From assembly GCA_030586555.1 (NCBI GenBank), contig JAURAC010000015.1:9820-73819 (forward strand): 64,000 bases of DNA. The letters run 5' to 3'. Source of the stretch: Candidatus Subterrananammoxibius californiae (GTDB taxonomy: Bacteria; Planctomycetota; Brocadiia; Brocadiales; Subterrananammoxibiaceae). Shown piece by piece: positions 8,687-20,831 of this stretch; the stretch's first letter is position 1; every line of letters starts with the position of its first letter. A program made the translations under genes and the position numbers. The notes beneath the pieces were generated by a model. That model saw only the letters and a program-made list of their open reading frames with translations, searched no databases and was not told the origin of the DNA.

Positions 8687-9280
8687 TCAAGGATTCGCCT
8701 TATTGGGAAATTCATAAATAAATTTTAAAAGCATTTCTATAAAGGTAATAATTTCTATTGCGTCATTTTTAGACATAATAACTATTTCATGATTTGCCTC
8801 ATTACCTTTTTGTCTTATTTTATCAACCCACTGCTTACTGCCCGGCGGTGCATAATGCTTGCTTAATAAATAGTCAACATACTCGACAAATTTTAGATTT
8901 TCTTGAGCCCCTTTTTCAATAGCTATATGCATAAGAAGTTTTCTGCATGCCATCACCGCCGCAGTAAATGCTTCTTGGGAAGTAACCTTTCTTATCTCAT
9001 CATAAAGCAGTGCAATTTCTTGGGGCAGATGATCAATATTACTACCTATGCGCACACCCGGAATCTGTGAACCCCAATGATCAAAAAAAGTCGGACAATT
9101 ACAAATGGGACAAATGTACATAAAGGCAAAAGGTGTCCCTGATAGTTTATCTTTATAAAACCAACCCTTGTTAGACCCTACTTCCCTTCCGCAGCCAGAA
9201 TGACCACATGTATAATCTTTTGTATAACTAAAGGGTTCATGCGATAAATTTAATAAATCTAACCACTCGCCTTTATGCAT
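8687..9280 (-). CDS. DUF4145 (HEPN-like) protein with N-terminal Zn ribbon
   Basis: CGHSGC/CPIC; AVMACRKLL; IRQKGNEANH. Confidence 0.8.
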   Translation of the reverse strand: MHKGEWLDLLNLSHEPFSYTKDYTCGHSGCGREVGSNKGWFYKDKLSGTPFAFMYICPICNCPTFFDHWGSQIPGVRIGSNIDHLPQEIALLYDEIRKVTSQEAFTAAVMACRKLLMHIAIEKGAQENLKFVEYVDYLLSKHYAPPGSKQWVDKIRQKGNEANHEIVIMSKNDAIEIITFIEMLLKFIYEFPNKANP

Positions 9281-9381
9281 ATTTTTATTAATCGCTTACA
9301 AATTTTGTAATAGATATTCTTTGTTAGTTCATTTACCCTTTGTAGATTTTCAACATCTGACAATACACGCAAAGACCCATA

Positions 9382-10638
9382 CTACCCCCTCAATTGCCCA
9401 TTACCATGGACAATAAATTTGTATGAGGTGAGTTCGGTGAGGCCCATGGGTCCACGGGCGTGGAGTTTGTCGGTGCTTATGCCTATCTCGGCGCCCATGC
9501 CAAATTCGTATCCGTCGCTGAAGCGTGATGAGGTGTTGACAAAGACACATGCGGAGTCAATCTCTCTGGTAAATTTGTTGGCATTGGACAGATTCTCTGT
9601 GATTATTGCATCGGAGTGCGCTGAGCCGTAGGTGGTAATGTGTTCAATGGCGCTGTCAATGGAAGGCACTATCTTTACATTCAGAATCAGGTCTAAATAT
9701 TCCGTGTACCAGTCAGCCTCTGTAGCCTTTTTTATGCCATGTATTATTTGGCAGGTTTTTTCGCATCCCCTGAGTTCGACGCCTGCTTCCTGCATCCTTT
9801 TTGCCATTGGAGGAAGAAAAGTCGAGGCAACCTTCTCGTGAACCAGCATTGTCTCCATGGCATTACATGTGGCTGGGCGCTGTACCTTTGCATTGAAGCA
9901 AATTTCCTCAGCCATCTTGAGGTTGGCAAACTCATCCACGTATGTTATGCATACCCCCTTATAATGCTTTATAACAGGAATGGTTGAGACCTCCGCAACT
10001 GCACGAATCAGGCTTTCCCCGCCTCGTGGAATTACAACGTCAATATATTTATCTGCTTGTAAAAGTAAATCCACTGCAGTGCGGTCTATCGTCTCAATGA
10101 CCTGAATGCACCTTTTGTCTAAGCCGAATTTTTCGAGCGCAGAGGCAAGTATTTTATAGATAGCAAGGTTGGAATGGATAGCCTCTTTGCCGCCGCGGAG
10201 GATTGAGGCGTTTCCAGCCTTAAAGCAAAGGGATGCGGCGTCTGCCGTTACGTTGGGTCTTGATTCGTAGATGATGGCAATTACCCCGATTGGGACGCGA
10301 ACCTTCTGGATAAACAAGCCGTTTGGGCGGACATGACCCTCGATTACCTCACCCACAGGGTCTTTGAGATGTGCCACTATTTTTACGCCGTCAGCCATGG
10401 CTTCTATCCGTGAATCTGTCAGACGGAGCCTGTCAATCATGGCAGGTGAAAGACCAGCGTTTGTGGCAGACTGTATATCCTTTTCATTCTCTGCCTTGAG
10501 GTGGGATTTTGCGCTTAGCAGGTTATTGGCTATTTCGATGAGAACTGCGTTTTTTGCTGCTGTACCGATTTGTGAAAGCTGGCGCGATGCTGCCTTTGCG
10601 CCCTTCGTAACTCCTTCAATGTAACTCTTAATGTCCAT
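9382..10638 (-). CDS. proA: Gamma-glutamyl phosphate reductase
   Basis: IYESRPNVT, CNAMETML, FGMGAEIGISTDKLHARGPMGL. Confidence 0.97.
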   Translation of the reverse strand: MDIKSYIEGVTKGAKAASRQLSQIGTAAKNAVLIEIANNLLSAKSHLKAENEKDIQSATNAGLSPAMIDRLRLTDSRIEAMADGVKIVAHLKDPVGEVIEGHVRPNGLFIQKVRVPIGVIAIIYESRPNVTADAASLCFKAGNASILRGGKEAIHSNLAIYKILASALEKFGLDKRCIQVIETIDRTAVDLLLQADKYIDVVIPRGGESLIRAVAEVSTIPVIKHYKGVCITYVDEFANLKMAEEICFNAKVQRPATCNAMETMLVHEKVASTFLPPMAKRMQEAGVELRGCEKTCQIIHGIKKATEADWYTEYLDLILNVKIVPSIDSAIEHITTYGSAHSDAIITENLSNANKFTREIDSACVFVNTSSRFSDGYEFGMGAEIGISTDKLHARGPMGLTELTSYKFIVHGNGQLRG

Positions 10639-10644
10639 TATTAA

Positions 10645-10695
10645 GCACGGACAAACACGACCCGTCCACTGGACGGGTGCCCCGCCATGCCACCC
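10645..10695. repeat. Family C REP-like element interrupted by a second hairpin
   Basis: GCACGGACAAAC-[..ACCCGTCCACTGGACGGGT..]-CCATGCCACCC. Confidence 0.6.
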
Positions 10696-10697
10696 TT

Positions 10698-12403
<1,706 letters not shown>

Positions 12404-12421
12404 ACATAATGTAAACTATTA

Positions 12422-12763
12422 TCAAACAAGCTTTAATGCACGATTGAACATACACATGATTCCGTGGATTGTATATGGCTCTCCAGTTCTTACGCAAGGA
12501 AAAGTAAACGCCGCTTTTTTAGGAATATTACCAAAATACTCCGATAAAAGACTATTAATGGGTATCTCCCTTACCTTGTTATTCTTAGTATGGAGCGCCA
12601 TTATAACTCCATTTATACAGTCAACATTATCCCAAGTCAAGTGCAATATCTCCCTTAGTCGCATACCGGTGTTTAAAGTCATAGGAAATAGCCAATCGCC
12701 TATAGTCTGTGAAAGAGGCAATCTATTAGAAATTTTAGATTTACGCAATTTTCTTGACATCAT
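12422..12763 (-). pseudogene. Tyrosine recombinase/integrase fragment
   Basis: NTGMRLREILHLTWDNVD and TKNNKVREIPI; lacks HxxR and catalytic Tyr region; adjacent to tRNA. Confidence 0.8.
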
Positions 12764-12848
12764 ATCTTGTGTTATTTATCATTAACTAAAAAAATGGGTA
12801 CGTTGAAATTGTTGGTATTTCACATTAAAAGGAAAGGATTGCCTTATA

Positions 12849-14837
12849 ATGAAGAAATGGGTAGGTGTTTCTGGAGTGATAATAATGTTGTTTTCAGGAA
12901 TCTGCCTTGAGGTGTGGGCTGATACCCTGGAGATAGAGAAAGAAATGCCAGTAGAAGAACTTTTCTTTATGGAGATTCCAATTGTGGTAACGGCTGCGAG
13001 GAAAGAGCAGAGCCAGTTTGAGACGGCGTCAGCCACTTATGTCATTACCGCGGAAGACATCCGTCGTTCTGGTGCCACGACCATACCAGAACTGTTGCGC
13101 ATGGTACCCGGCCTCAACGTGGCGCAAATTAGTGCCAGCGAATGGGCAATTAGCTCCAGGGGCTTCCTATTCCTCAAGCGCTTTTCCGGCGAACTGTTGG
13201 TGATGATTGACGGACGCAGTGTCTATACCCCCCTATTCGCCGGGGTATACTGGGACGTACAGGATACCTTGCTGGAGGATATAGAACGCATCGAGGTAGT
13301 CCGAGGTCCAGGCGGTACCTTATGGGGAGCTAATGCTGTAAATGGTGTGATTAACATCATCACCAAAAGTGCAAAGGACACGCAAGGTGGACTGTTCCAT
13401 GCCGGTTACGGGGACCGCGAAGAAGGCTTCGGCGCTGTGCGTTATGGTTTGGAAATGGGCAATGATGTTTATCTCCGCGCCTATGCAAAGTATTTCAACC
13501 GTGATGACTTCGTAGGTGGCAACGACCAGTGGCAGGCACAACGCGGGGGTTTCCGACTGGATTGGGATATCTCCTATCAGGATGCACTCACAGTGATGGG
13601 GGATTATTATGATGGCAGGGCTGACCAGACCGTTTCTCTAACCTCATTATCTCCACCAGCCGTTTTATTGACTGACGACACAAGGGACTTACACGGGGGT
13701 AATGTGTTGCTGCGGTGGCAGCGCCGCCCATCGGAGGAGTCGGATATTATACTGCAAGCCTATTTTGACAATGCTGAGCGTGAGGAGAAAACCCTGGATC
13801 AGCGCATAGACACCTACGACCTCGACTTTCAGCACCGTTTTCTCCTGGGAGAACGCCAGGAGATAACATGGGGTATGGGCTATCGCCTGGTAGCGGATAA
13901 GCTCAGGGGCAGCTTCGACATTTCGCTTGACCCGGAGGAACGGCAAACACAGCTTTTTAGTACATTTTTGCAGGACCAGATTACAGTCATGGAGAATTTA
14001 TGGCTAACTCTTGGGTCAAAGTTTGAGCATAACGATTTCACCGGATTTGAGATTCAGCCCAGCGGCAGATTCCTGTGGCAACCGCTGCCGCGCCATGCCC
14101 TATGGGGCGCCATCTCACGTGCCGTTAGAACTTCTTCTCGGGCAGATAACAACATTAGGACCAACCTCGCAGCGTTTCCCGGCGGGGGCGGCGTGCCGGC
14201 ACTCGTTTCTGTTTTCGGTAACGATGGCACGGAGTCTGTAGACCTGCTTGCCTATGAGATTGGTTACCGTTATCAATTCTCACAAAGACTTTCCCTGGAC
14301 GTTACGGGGTTTTACAATATCTACGACAATCTCTTTACTGTAGAGCCGGGCGTCCCTGTTTTCGAAATCGAACCATCACCCCCACACCTGCTCATTCCTT
14401 CTTTTTTAGACAACTTAATGGACGGGGAGACCTATGGTGTTGAGACGGCTGCTAACTGGCAGGCAATGCGGAACTGGCGGTTGAGTTCGAGCTTTACACA
14501 ACTAAACATGCAGTTACATTTAGATTCTGATAGTAAAGACGGAAACAGGGATGCTCTTGTAGAGGGGGCCAACCCTGAACATCAGTTCCAGATTCGCTCC
14601 TATCTTAACCTACCCTACAACCTGGAGCAAGATACAGCGGTGTACTATGTTTCCAGGCTTTACAAGCCTGAGGTTTCCGGTTACACACGCATGGACATGC
14701 GTCTGGGATGGCATCCAAGGAATAACCTTGAATTGAGCCTGTCTCTGCAGAACCTGCTTGATAATCACCATCCGGAATTCTCTGACGTGAGCGAAGTGCC
14801 TCGCAGTGTTTATGCAAAGATTACATTTAAGTGGTAA
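12849..14837 (+). CDS. TonB-dependent receptor (copy 1)
   Basis: Plug motifs IPELLRMVPG, IERIEVVRGPG...GVINIITK; terminal aromatic residue. Confidence 0.95.
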   Translation: MKKWVGVSGVIIMLFSGICLEVWADTLEIEKEMPVEELFFMEIPIVVTAARKEQSQFETASATYVITAEDIRRSGATTIPELLRMVPGLNVAQISASEWAISSRGFLFLKRFSGELLVMIDGRSVYTPLFAGVYWDVQDTLLEDIERIEVVRGPGGTLWGANAVNGVINIITKSAKDTQGGLFHAGYGDREEGFGAVRYGLEMGNDVYLRAYAKYFNRDDFVGGNDQWQAQRGGFRLDWDISYQDALTVMGDYYDGRADQTVSLTSLSPPAVLLTDDTRDLHGGNVLLRWQRRPSEESDIILQAYFDNAEREEKTLDQRIDTYDLDFQHRFLLGERQEITWGMGYRLVADKLRGSFDISLDPEERQTQLFSTFLQDQITVMENLWLTLGSKFEHNDFTGFEIQPSGRFLWQPLPRHALWGAISRAVRTSSRADNNIRTNLAAFPGGGGVPALVSVFGNDGTESVDLLAYEIGYRYQFSQRLSLDVTGFYNIYDNLFTVEPGVPVFEIEPSPPHLLIPSFLDNLMDGETYGVETAANWQAMRNWRLSSSFTQLNMQLHLDSDSKDGNRDALVEGANPEHQFQIRSYLNLPYNLEQDTAVYYVSRLYKPEVSGYTRMDMRLGWHPRNNLELSLSLQNLLDNHHPEFSDVSEVPRSVYAKITFKW

Positions 14838-14945
14838 GGAACGACTTAACTGCAAGAGGGAAGAAATGAGACTTGACCTCATTAATTAGAAAAATGTGTC
14901 CGTTGAAATTGTTGGTATTTCATATTAGAAGGAAAGGAGTGCCTA

Positions 14946-16943
14946 ATGATAAAGAAATGGACAGTCGTTTCTGGAGTGATAATGATGTTGTTTTCCGGAA
15001 CCTGCCTTGAGGCGCGGGCTGATGTCATAAATGTAGATGAAAAAATGCCGGCTGAAGAGCTTTTATTTATGAAGATTCCAGTTGTGGTAACAGCCGCCAG
15101 GAAGGAGCAGAGTCAGTTTGAGACGGCTGCAGCCACTTATGTCATTACCGCTGAAGACATACGTCGCTCCGGCATGACGACCATACCAGAACTGCTGCGC
15201 ATGGTACCCGGTCTCGACGTGGCACAGATTGACGCTAACAAATGGGCTATCAACTCCAGGGGTTTCAATAGTCGCTATGCCAACGAACTGTTGGTGATGA
15301 TTGACGGACGAACTGTCTATACCCCCCTATTCGCCGGGGTATACTGGGACGTACAGGATACCATGCTGGAGGATATAGAACGCATCGAGGTAGTCCGAGG
15401 TCCAGGCGGTACCCTGTGGGGTGCCAATGCCGTGAACGGTGTAATTAATATCATCACCAAAAGTGCAAAGGACACTCAAGGTGGACTGCTCCATGCCGGT
15501 TACGGGGACCGTGAAGAAGGTTTCGGCGCAATGCGTTATGGTTTGAAAATGGGCAATGATGTTTATTTCCGCGCCTATGCAAAGTATTTCAACCGTGATG
15601 ACTTCGTAGGTGGCAACGACCAGTGGCAGGCACAACGCGGGGGTTTCCGATTGGATTGGGACATCTCCTATCAGGATGCACTCACAGTAATGGGGGATTA
15701 TTATGATGGCAGGTCAGGTATGACCACTTACAGAGCCTTTTTATCCCCGCCAGCTACTTTACAGGTTACAGACCCAGAGGACGTCAACGGTGGAAACGTG
15801 CTTTTACGCTGGCGGCGAAGCCTATCGGAGGAGTCAGATATTACCTTACAAGCCTATTTTGATAACGCCGAGCGCAAGAGGGATGTCTTAGACCAGCGCG
15901 TAGACACCTACGACCTTGACTTTCAACACCGTTTTCTCCTCGGAGACCGACAGGAGATAACCTGGGGTATGGGCTACCGCCTGGTAGCGGATAAACTTAA
16001 GGGCAGCTTCTCTGTTTCGTTTGACCCTGAAGAACGACAAACACAGCTTTTCAGTGTATTTCTGCAGGACCAGATTACAATCATGGAAAACTTATGGCTG
16101 ACTATGGGGTCTAAGTTCGAGCACAACGATTACACCGGATTTGAAGTCCAACCCAGTGCACGAATCAAGTGGCAGCCACATCCGAGCTATTTATTCTGGG
16201 GCGCCGTGTCGCGCGCCGTTCACACGCCTTCACGCGCAAGTAATAACATAGTGTTAAATGTTGCGGCATCTCCCAGCCCTAGGGGTACGCCAGTCGTCAT
16301 TAGGGTTGTAGGCAACGAGGACATAGAGTCTGAAAACGTGCTTGCTTATGAGATTGGCTACCGTCATCAACTGACAAGAAGGCTTTCCATTGACGTGGCG
16401 GGCTTTTACAACGTCTATGACGATCTCTTCACCGCGGAGACGAGCGCTCCAGTATTCGAGACCTCTCCTCCGCCTCCTCATCTGGTCATTCCCGTGTTTG
16501 AAGATAACTTTATGCACGGAGAGACTTTGGGTATTGAGGTCGCTTCGAACTATCAAGCAATGCGAAACTGGCGTCTTAGTCCGAGCTACACATGGCTCAA
16601 TATGAATATGAACATAGAGTCGAAGAGTGGGAATACTACCGCTGATAAGAACAAAGAGGGAAGCAGCCCAGAGCATCAGTTCCAGATTCGCTCCTATCTT
16701 AACTTACCCTACAATCTGGAGCAAGATACAGCATTGTACTATATTTCCAGGCTTCACATTCTGGAAGTTCCCAGTTATACACGCATGGACGTACGTCTGG
16801 GATGGCATCCGATGGATGACCTGGAGTTGAGCCTGTCGGTGTTGAACCTGCTCGATAATCGGCATAAGGAACTTATTTCTGACTCAGCCATAGAGAGTGA
16901 GGTGCCTCGCAGCGTTTACGCAAAGATTACATGGAAGTGGTAA
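14946..16943 (+). CDS. TonB-dependent receptor (copy 2, tandem paralog)
   Basis: Same motifs; long near-identical DNA blocks with copy 1. Confidence 0.95.
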   Translation: MIKKWTVVSGVIMMLFSGTCLEARADVINVDEKMPAEELLFMKIPVVVTAARKEQSQFETAAATYVITAEDIRRSGMTTIPELLRMVPGLDVAQIDANKWAINSRGFNSRYANELLVMIDGRTVYTPLFAGVYWDVQDTMLEDIERIEVVRGPGGTLWGANAVNGVINIITKSAKDTQGGLLHAGYGDREEGFGAMRYGLKMGNDVYFRAYAKYFNRDDFVGGNDQWQAQRGGFRLDWDISYQDALTVMGDYYDGRSGMTTYRAFLSPPATLQVTDPEDVNGGNVLLRWRRSLSEESDITLQAYFDNAERKRDVLDQRVDTYDLDFQHRFLLGDRQEITWGMGYRLVADKLKGSFSVSFDPEERQTQLFSVFLQDQITIMENLWLTMGSKFEHNDYTGFEVQPSARIKWQPHPSYLFWGAVSRAVHTPSRASNNIVLNVAASPSPRGTPVVIRVVGNEDIESENVLAYEIGYRHQLTRRLSIDVAGFYNVYDDLFTAETSAPVFETSPPPPHLVIPVFEDNFMHGETLGIEVASNYQAMRNWRLSPSYTWLNMNMNIESKSGNTTADKNKEGSSPEHQFQIRSYLNLPYNLEQDTALYYISRLHILEVPSYTRMDVRLGWHPMDDLELSLSVLNLLDNRHKELISDSAIESEVPRSVYAKITWKW

Positions 16944-16971
16944 GATACGACTTAACTGCAAGAGGGAAGAA

Positions 16972-17883
16972 ATGAGACTTTATATAGTTATTCTTATCTT
17001 GATTTTTTCTTCGAACCTGAATTTTGCGTCTGCCCAAGCAAAGGTTTCGGTTATTTTTTCTTCTGATATAGAACCTTACCGACAAACCTGGGAGGGAATC
17101 AAAGAGGTTTTTGAAGAAGAGAAAGTTTCCTTAATTTATTCAGAATTTTATTTAGAAAGGCAAAAACCTGATTTAATCTTTCGGCAAATAGCTGAAGAAA
17201 ACCCGGATGTTGTTTTTACTATAGGCCCCCAGTCCCTAATACTTGCAAAGGAAAAGGTAAAGAACAATCCCGTTGTTTTTTCCATGGTTCTAAACCCCGA
17301 GGAAATTATTAACTCAAATATTACCGGAGTCTCTCTGGATATACCTATTAAGGTAAAGCTAAAACATATTAAGAGGATTCTACCTTATGTAAAGAGAATC
17401 GGCGTGATATATACTTCCAAAACAATTCCGGTTTATAAGGAAATGTTAGAGGAGTGTGAAGAGCTGGGATTTCAGCTTATCGGAAAAGAGATTCGTTCAG
17501 AAAAAGAATTCAAGGATGCATTTAAAGACATCTCTTGGCGGATAGATTCCTTCCTGATGATTCCAGACACACAAATATATTTCAGTCAATCAATAAAATA
17601 TTTATTACTCGAAGGTCTAAGGAAGAAATTGCCAGTAATTGGACTGTCCTCAACTTATACCAAGGCAGGGGCATTTGTTTCTTTTGAGGGCAACTATCAT
17701 GATATTGGAAGTCAGGTTGGAGAAATTGCACTGAGAGTGCTTGGAGGGGAAAAACCTGAGAATATAGCGCCAGCAAGGCCGAGAACGGTACAATTTTCTT
17801 TGAATCTGCTGGTTGCTGAAAGAATGGGTATCACAATTCCTTCGGACATAATAAAAGAGTCAAGTGAGGTTTTTGGCAGATGA
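16972..17883 (+). CDS. Periplasmic ABC-type substrate-binding protein (ABC_sub_bind-like)
   Basis: Signal peptide, PVVFSMV, ITGVSL, IGVIY, LNLLVAERMGITIP. Confidence 0.8.
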   Translation: MRLYIVILILIFSSNLNFASAQAKVSVIFSSDIEPYRQTWEGIKEVFEEEKVSLIYSEFYLERQKPDLIFRQIAEENPDVVFTIGPQSLILAKEKVKNNPVVFSMVLNPEEIINSNITGVSLDIPIKVKLKHIKRILPYVKRIGVIYTSKTIPVYKEMLEECEELGFQLIGKEIRSEKEFKDAFKDISWRIDSFLMIPDTQIYFSQSIKYLLLEGLRKKLPVIGLSSTYTKAGAFVSFEGNYHDIGSQVGEIALRVLGGEKPENIAPARPRTVQFSLNLLVAERMGITIPSDIIKESSEVFGR

Positions 17884-19859
17884 GACTCGGTATTAGTACA
17901 AAAGCTATTTTGCTTGCATTTTGTATGATTGTTTTTTTTGGTCTTGCGCTTGGATATTTTGTTATCCGTTATCAATCTCGTGTTCTTAGGCTTGAATTGA
18001 ATGAACGGGTAACGGTTCTTATGAATAATTTGTCTTTCAATAGTGAATATCCACTATTAATCGAGGACAAGGAGGCAATTGTCAGGTTAACAAAAGGAAT
18101 TTTGGCACAAAGGGATATTGTTTTCTGCCGGATTGAGGACAAAAGCAAAAACTTTTTTTATGAAGAAGGGTCGAAAGAGGTAGGGCCTATTAGTGAATAT
18201 ACTACTACTATTGTCTCAAAGACTGCTGCAGAAGAATTAGGCGAAGAACTAATCCTGGGAATACCAAAAGAATTGGAAGAGGAGATTGGGAGGGTATATC
18301 TATGTGTTTCACATTCAGGATTCAAAGAGAAACTTAATAAAGCAAAAAGGATAATAGCGGCAATCATTATTCCTTTCATCATTACAACATGTTTAGCGAT
18401 TTATTTATTACTGAAACGCATCCTGGGTTTACCTATTAAACAATTAGTCAAAGCAACAGAAAAGATTTCTCAAGGAAATCTCAACGATAGGGTTCCAATA
18501 GAAACACATGATGAAATAGGGGTCTTAGCTGCTTCCTTTAATAAAATGACCAAAGACCTGCAGGAGTCAACTGTCTCACGAAAAGAGCTGGAACAACGCG
18601 TAGTTGAACGCACAAGAGAACTGGCGGAAGAACGTCAGAACCTGGAGAATACCGTTCAGGTAAGGACCAGGGAATTGCGCGAGTCTCTTGAAAAGGTTGA
18701 GGATGCCAATCTCCTGTTAGAACATGCCAACCGAGCCAAGACCCAATTCCTTTCCTCTATGAGCCATGAACTGCGCACGCCGCTCAACGTCGTCATTGGC
18801 TTTACTGATCTGTTAAGTGAGCAATTATATGGGAACCTCAATGATAAGCAGATGAAATATGTAAGTGAAATCGGCAATAGCGCAGAACACCTGTTATCCC
18901 TCATCAACGACTTGCTTGATGTGTCTAAGATAGACGCAGGAGCAATGGAACTTGAAATGGAGGATATTTCGTTCGACGAATTAATTAATACGATAGTATC
19001 CATGATGAATAGCCAGTTCAGGAAGAAAAAGATAAATGTGAAAACGTCAATTGAACCGACGCTACCAGTCGTAACGGCGGACCGTAGGAAGTGTAAACAG
19101 ATCCTTATGAACCTGCTTTCAAATGCATTTAAGTTTACACCAGAGGAAGGACGAGTTGAGATTTGTGCTGTCTATGGTGGAGACTTCGGAGTCCGGATAG
19201 AAGTCAGGGATACCGGGATTGGAATAGCTGCAGACAAGATTGATAAGATTTTTTCTGAATTCTACCAGGTAGAGAATGTGCGCGATGAACAGCTCGGTGG
19301 TACAGGGATTGGGCTGGCACTGACACGCCGACTGGTGGAATTACATGGTGGGAAAATCGGTGTTGAGAGCAAACTGTGTAAAGGAAGTACCTTTTGGTTT
19401 ACTTTACCACTGAAAAAGTTGTTACGAAAAGAACCTTCCGAACAAAAAGAGGCGGAGGAAGTCTTGAAAGAAAATGGTGCCCCTAAAGGGCGTCGTATAT
19501 TAATAGTGGAGGACAACGAGGTTAATCTGGCGATGGCAATTGAAATGTTGAATGTCCATAAACACCGGGTCGTGGTTGCCAGAAACGGACAGGAGGCAAT
19601 TGAGATGGCTAAGCAGCATAAACCTGAATTGATTTTGATGGATATTCGGATGCCGGTGATGGATGGTCTGGAGGCAACACAAAGGCTTCGAGCTATACCA
19701 GAATTTGCTAATACTCCCATTATCGCCATGACTGCCAGTACAGGCGCCGAAGCCGAAAAAACTCATATTGCTAAGGGTTGCACCACTCATCTGGCAAAAC
19801 CTATCCATGTAAAGCAACTATTTGCGGTTCTTAAAAAATATTTAAGCATTGAAAATTAG
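17880..19859 (+). CDS. Hybrid sensor histidine kinase (2 TM-HAMP-HisKA-HATPase-REC)
   Basis: MSHELRTPL, NLLSNAFKF, DTGIGI, GTGIGL, LMDIRMPVMDG. Confidence 0.95.
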   Translation: MRLGISTKAILLAFCMIVFFGLALGYFVIRYQSRVLRLELNERVTVLMNNLSFNSEYPLLIEDKEAIVRLTKGILAQRDIVFCRIEDKSKNFFYEEGSKEVGPISEYTTTIVSKTAAEELGEELILGIPKELEEEIGRVYLCVSHSGFKEKLNKAKRIIAAIIIPFIITTCLAIYLLLKRILGLPIKQLVKATEKISQGNLNDRVPIETHDEIGVLAASFNKMTKDLQESTVSRKELEQRVVERTRELAEERQNLENTVQVRTRELRESLEKVEDANLLLEHANRAKTQFLSSMSHELRTPLNVVIGFTDLLSEQLYGNLNDKQMKYVSEIGNSAEHLLSLINDLLDVSKIDAGAMELEMEDISFDELINTIVSMMNSQFRKKKINVKTSIEPTLPVVTADRRKCKQILMNLLSNAFKFTPEEGRVEICAVYGGDFGVRIEVRDTGIGIAADKIDKIFSEFYQVENVRDEQLGGTGIGLALTRRLVELHGGKIGVESKLCKGSTFWFTLPLKKLLRKEPSEQKEAEEVLKENGAPKGRRILIVEDNEVNLAMAIEMLNVHKHRVVVARNGQEAIEMAKQHKPELILMDIRMPVMDGLEATQRLRAIPEFANTPIIAMTASTGAEAEKTHIAKGCTTHLAKPIHVKQLFAVLKKYLSIEN

Positions 19860-19873
19860 CGGAGGAAAATGTC

Positions 19874-20689
19874 ATGACAAATCCGGCAAGAATTCTTATC
19901 GTTGAGGATAACGAGGCTAACCGCACTATCCTGAACGAGAGGCTTAATGCACTTGGACATATTTCTATCCTTGCGGAAAATGGACTATCTGCATTGGCTC
20001 AAATAAGAAAGCAACCTCCGGACCTCGTCCTGCTTGATATATTGATGCCAGGAATGGACGGCTACGAGGTTTTGTGTCATTTGAAAGACGATACTTCTTT
20101 GTGTCACATTCCTGTTATCATTATCTCAGCCGTTGATGATATGGAAAATATCGTACGGTGTATTGAAAAGGGTGCAGACGACTACTTAACAAAACCTTTT
20201 AATCCCATATTGCTAAGGGCGAGAATCGCCTCTTGCCTGGAGAAAAAGCGCCTGCATGACCAGGAAGAGCAGTATCGCCATCGGATTGAAGACTATAACT
20301 TGAACTTGGAACGTCGTCTGAAAAAGGCTGCTCATGTCGGTACTCAATATCTTCGCAGCTATGCCCTGGACCTCTCTCGAAACCGGGCAGGCATATTAGT
20401 AATCATATTGGGAGTGGTGTATCTCCTATCTTTTGTTTCATATTTTATCACAGGATTACTTCTACCCGAGGATTCTATCCTGGGATTTCTTCACAGGTTA
20501 CATAAGGCGGCAATTATTTCTTTTATTCCCTTAGCATTTATAATAGAAGGTTACTATGTAGTCCGGGGACTTGGAGAGAATAAAAAAAATTCCGAATTAA
20601 TTATTCATGTGTTGGTTAGTTTGTTCCTGTTTTCTATCCTAATTGTTGGAAATCATATAGTTTTTAAGTGGTGGCTATCACATATATAG
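19874..20689 (+). CDS. Response regulator receiver fused to C-terminal 3-TM segment
   Basis: IVEDN, LLDILMPGMDG, TKPF; three hydrophobic helices at C-terminus. Confidence 0.8.
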   Translation: MTNPARILIVEDNEANRTILNERLNALGHISILAENGLSALAQIRKQPPDLVLLDILMPGMDGYEVLCHLKDDTSLCHIPVIIISAVDDMENIVRCIEKGADDYLTKPFNPILLRARIASCLEKKRLHDQEEQYRHRIEDYNLNLERRLKKAAHVGTQYLRSYALDLSRNRAGILVIILGVVYLLSFVSYFITGLLLPEDSILGFLHRLHKAAIISFIPLAFIIEGYYVVRGLGENKKNSELIIHVLVSLFLFSILIVGNHIVFKWWLSHI

Positions 20690-20697
20690 GCAATAGT

Positions 20698-20754
20698 GTA
20701 GGGGCGAATGGCATTCGCCCATTGATAAGAAGGGCAAACGCCGTTTGCCCCTAC
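20698..20754. repeat. Family B REP-like doublet between convergent genes
   Basis: GTAGGGGCGAATGGCATTCGCCC-N11-GGGCAAACGCCGTTTGCCCCTAC. Confidence 0.85.
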
Positions 20755-20831
20755 ACGATACCCGACTCTCAACTCGAACCCCGAATTCCGCATTTCAAAA
20801 CATGCCCCTGATTTAATCAGTGGGACTGGAA

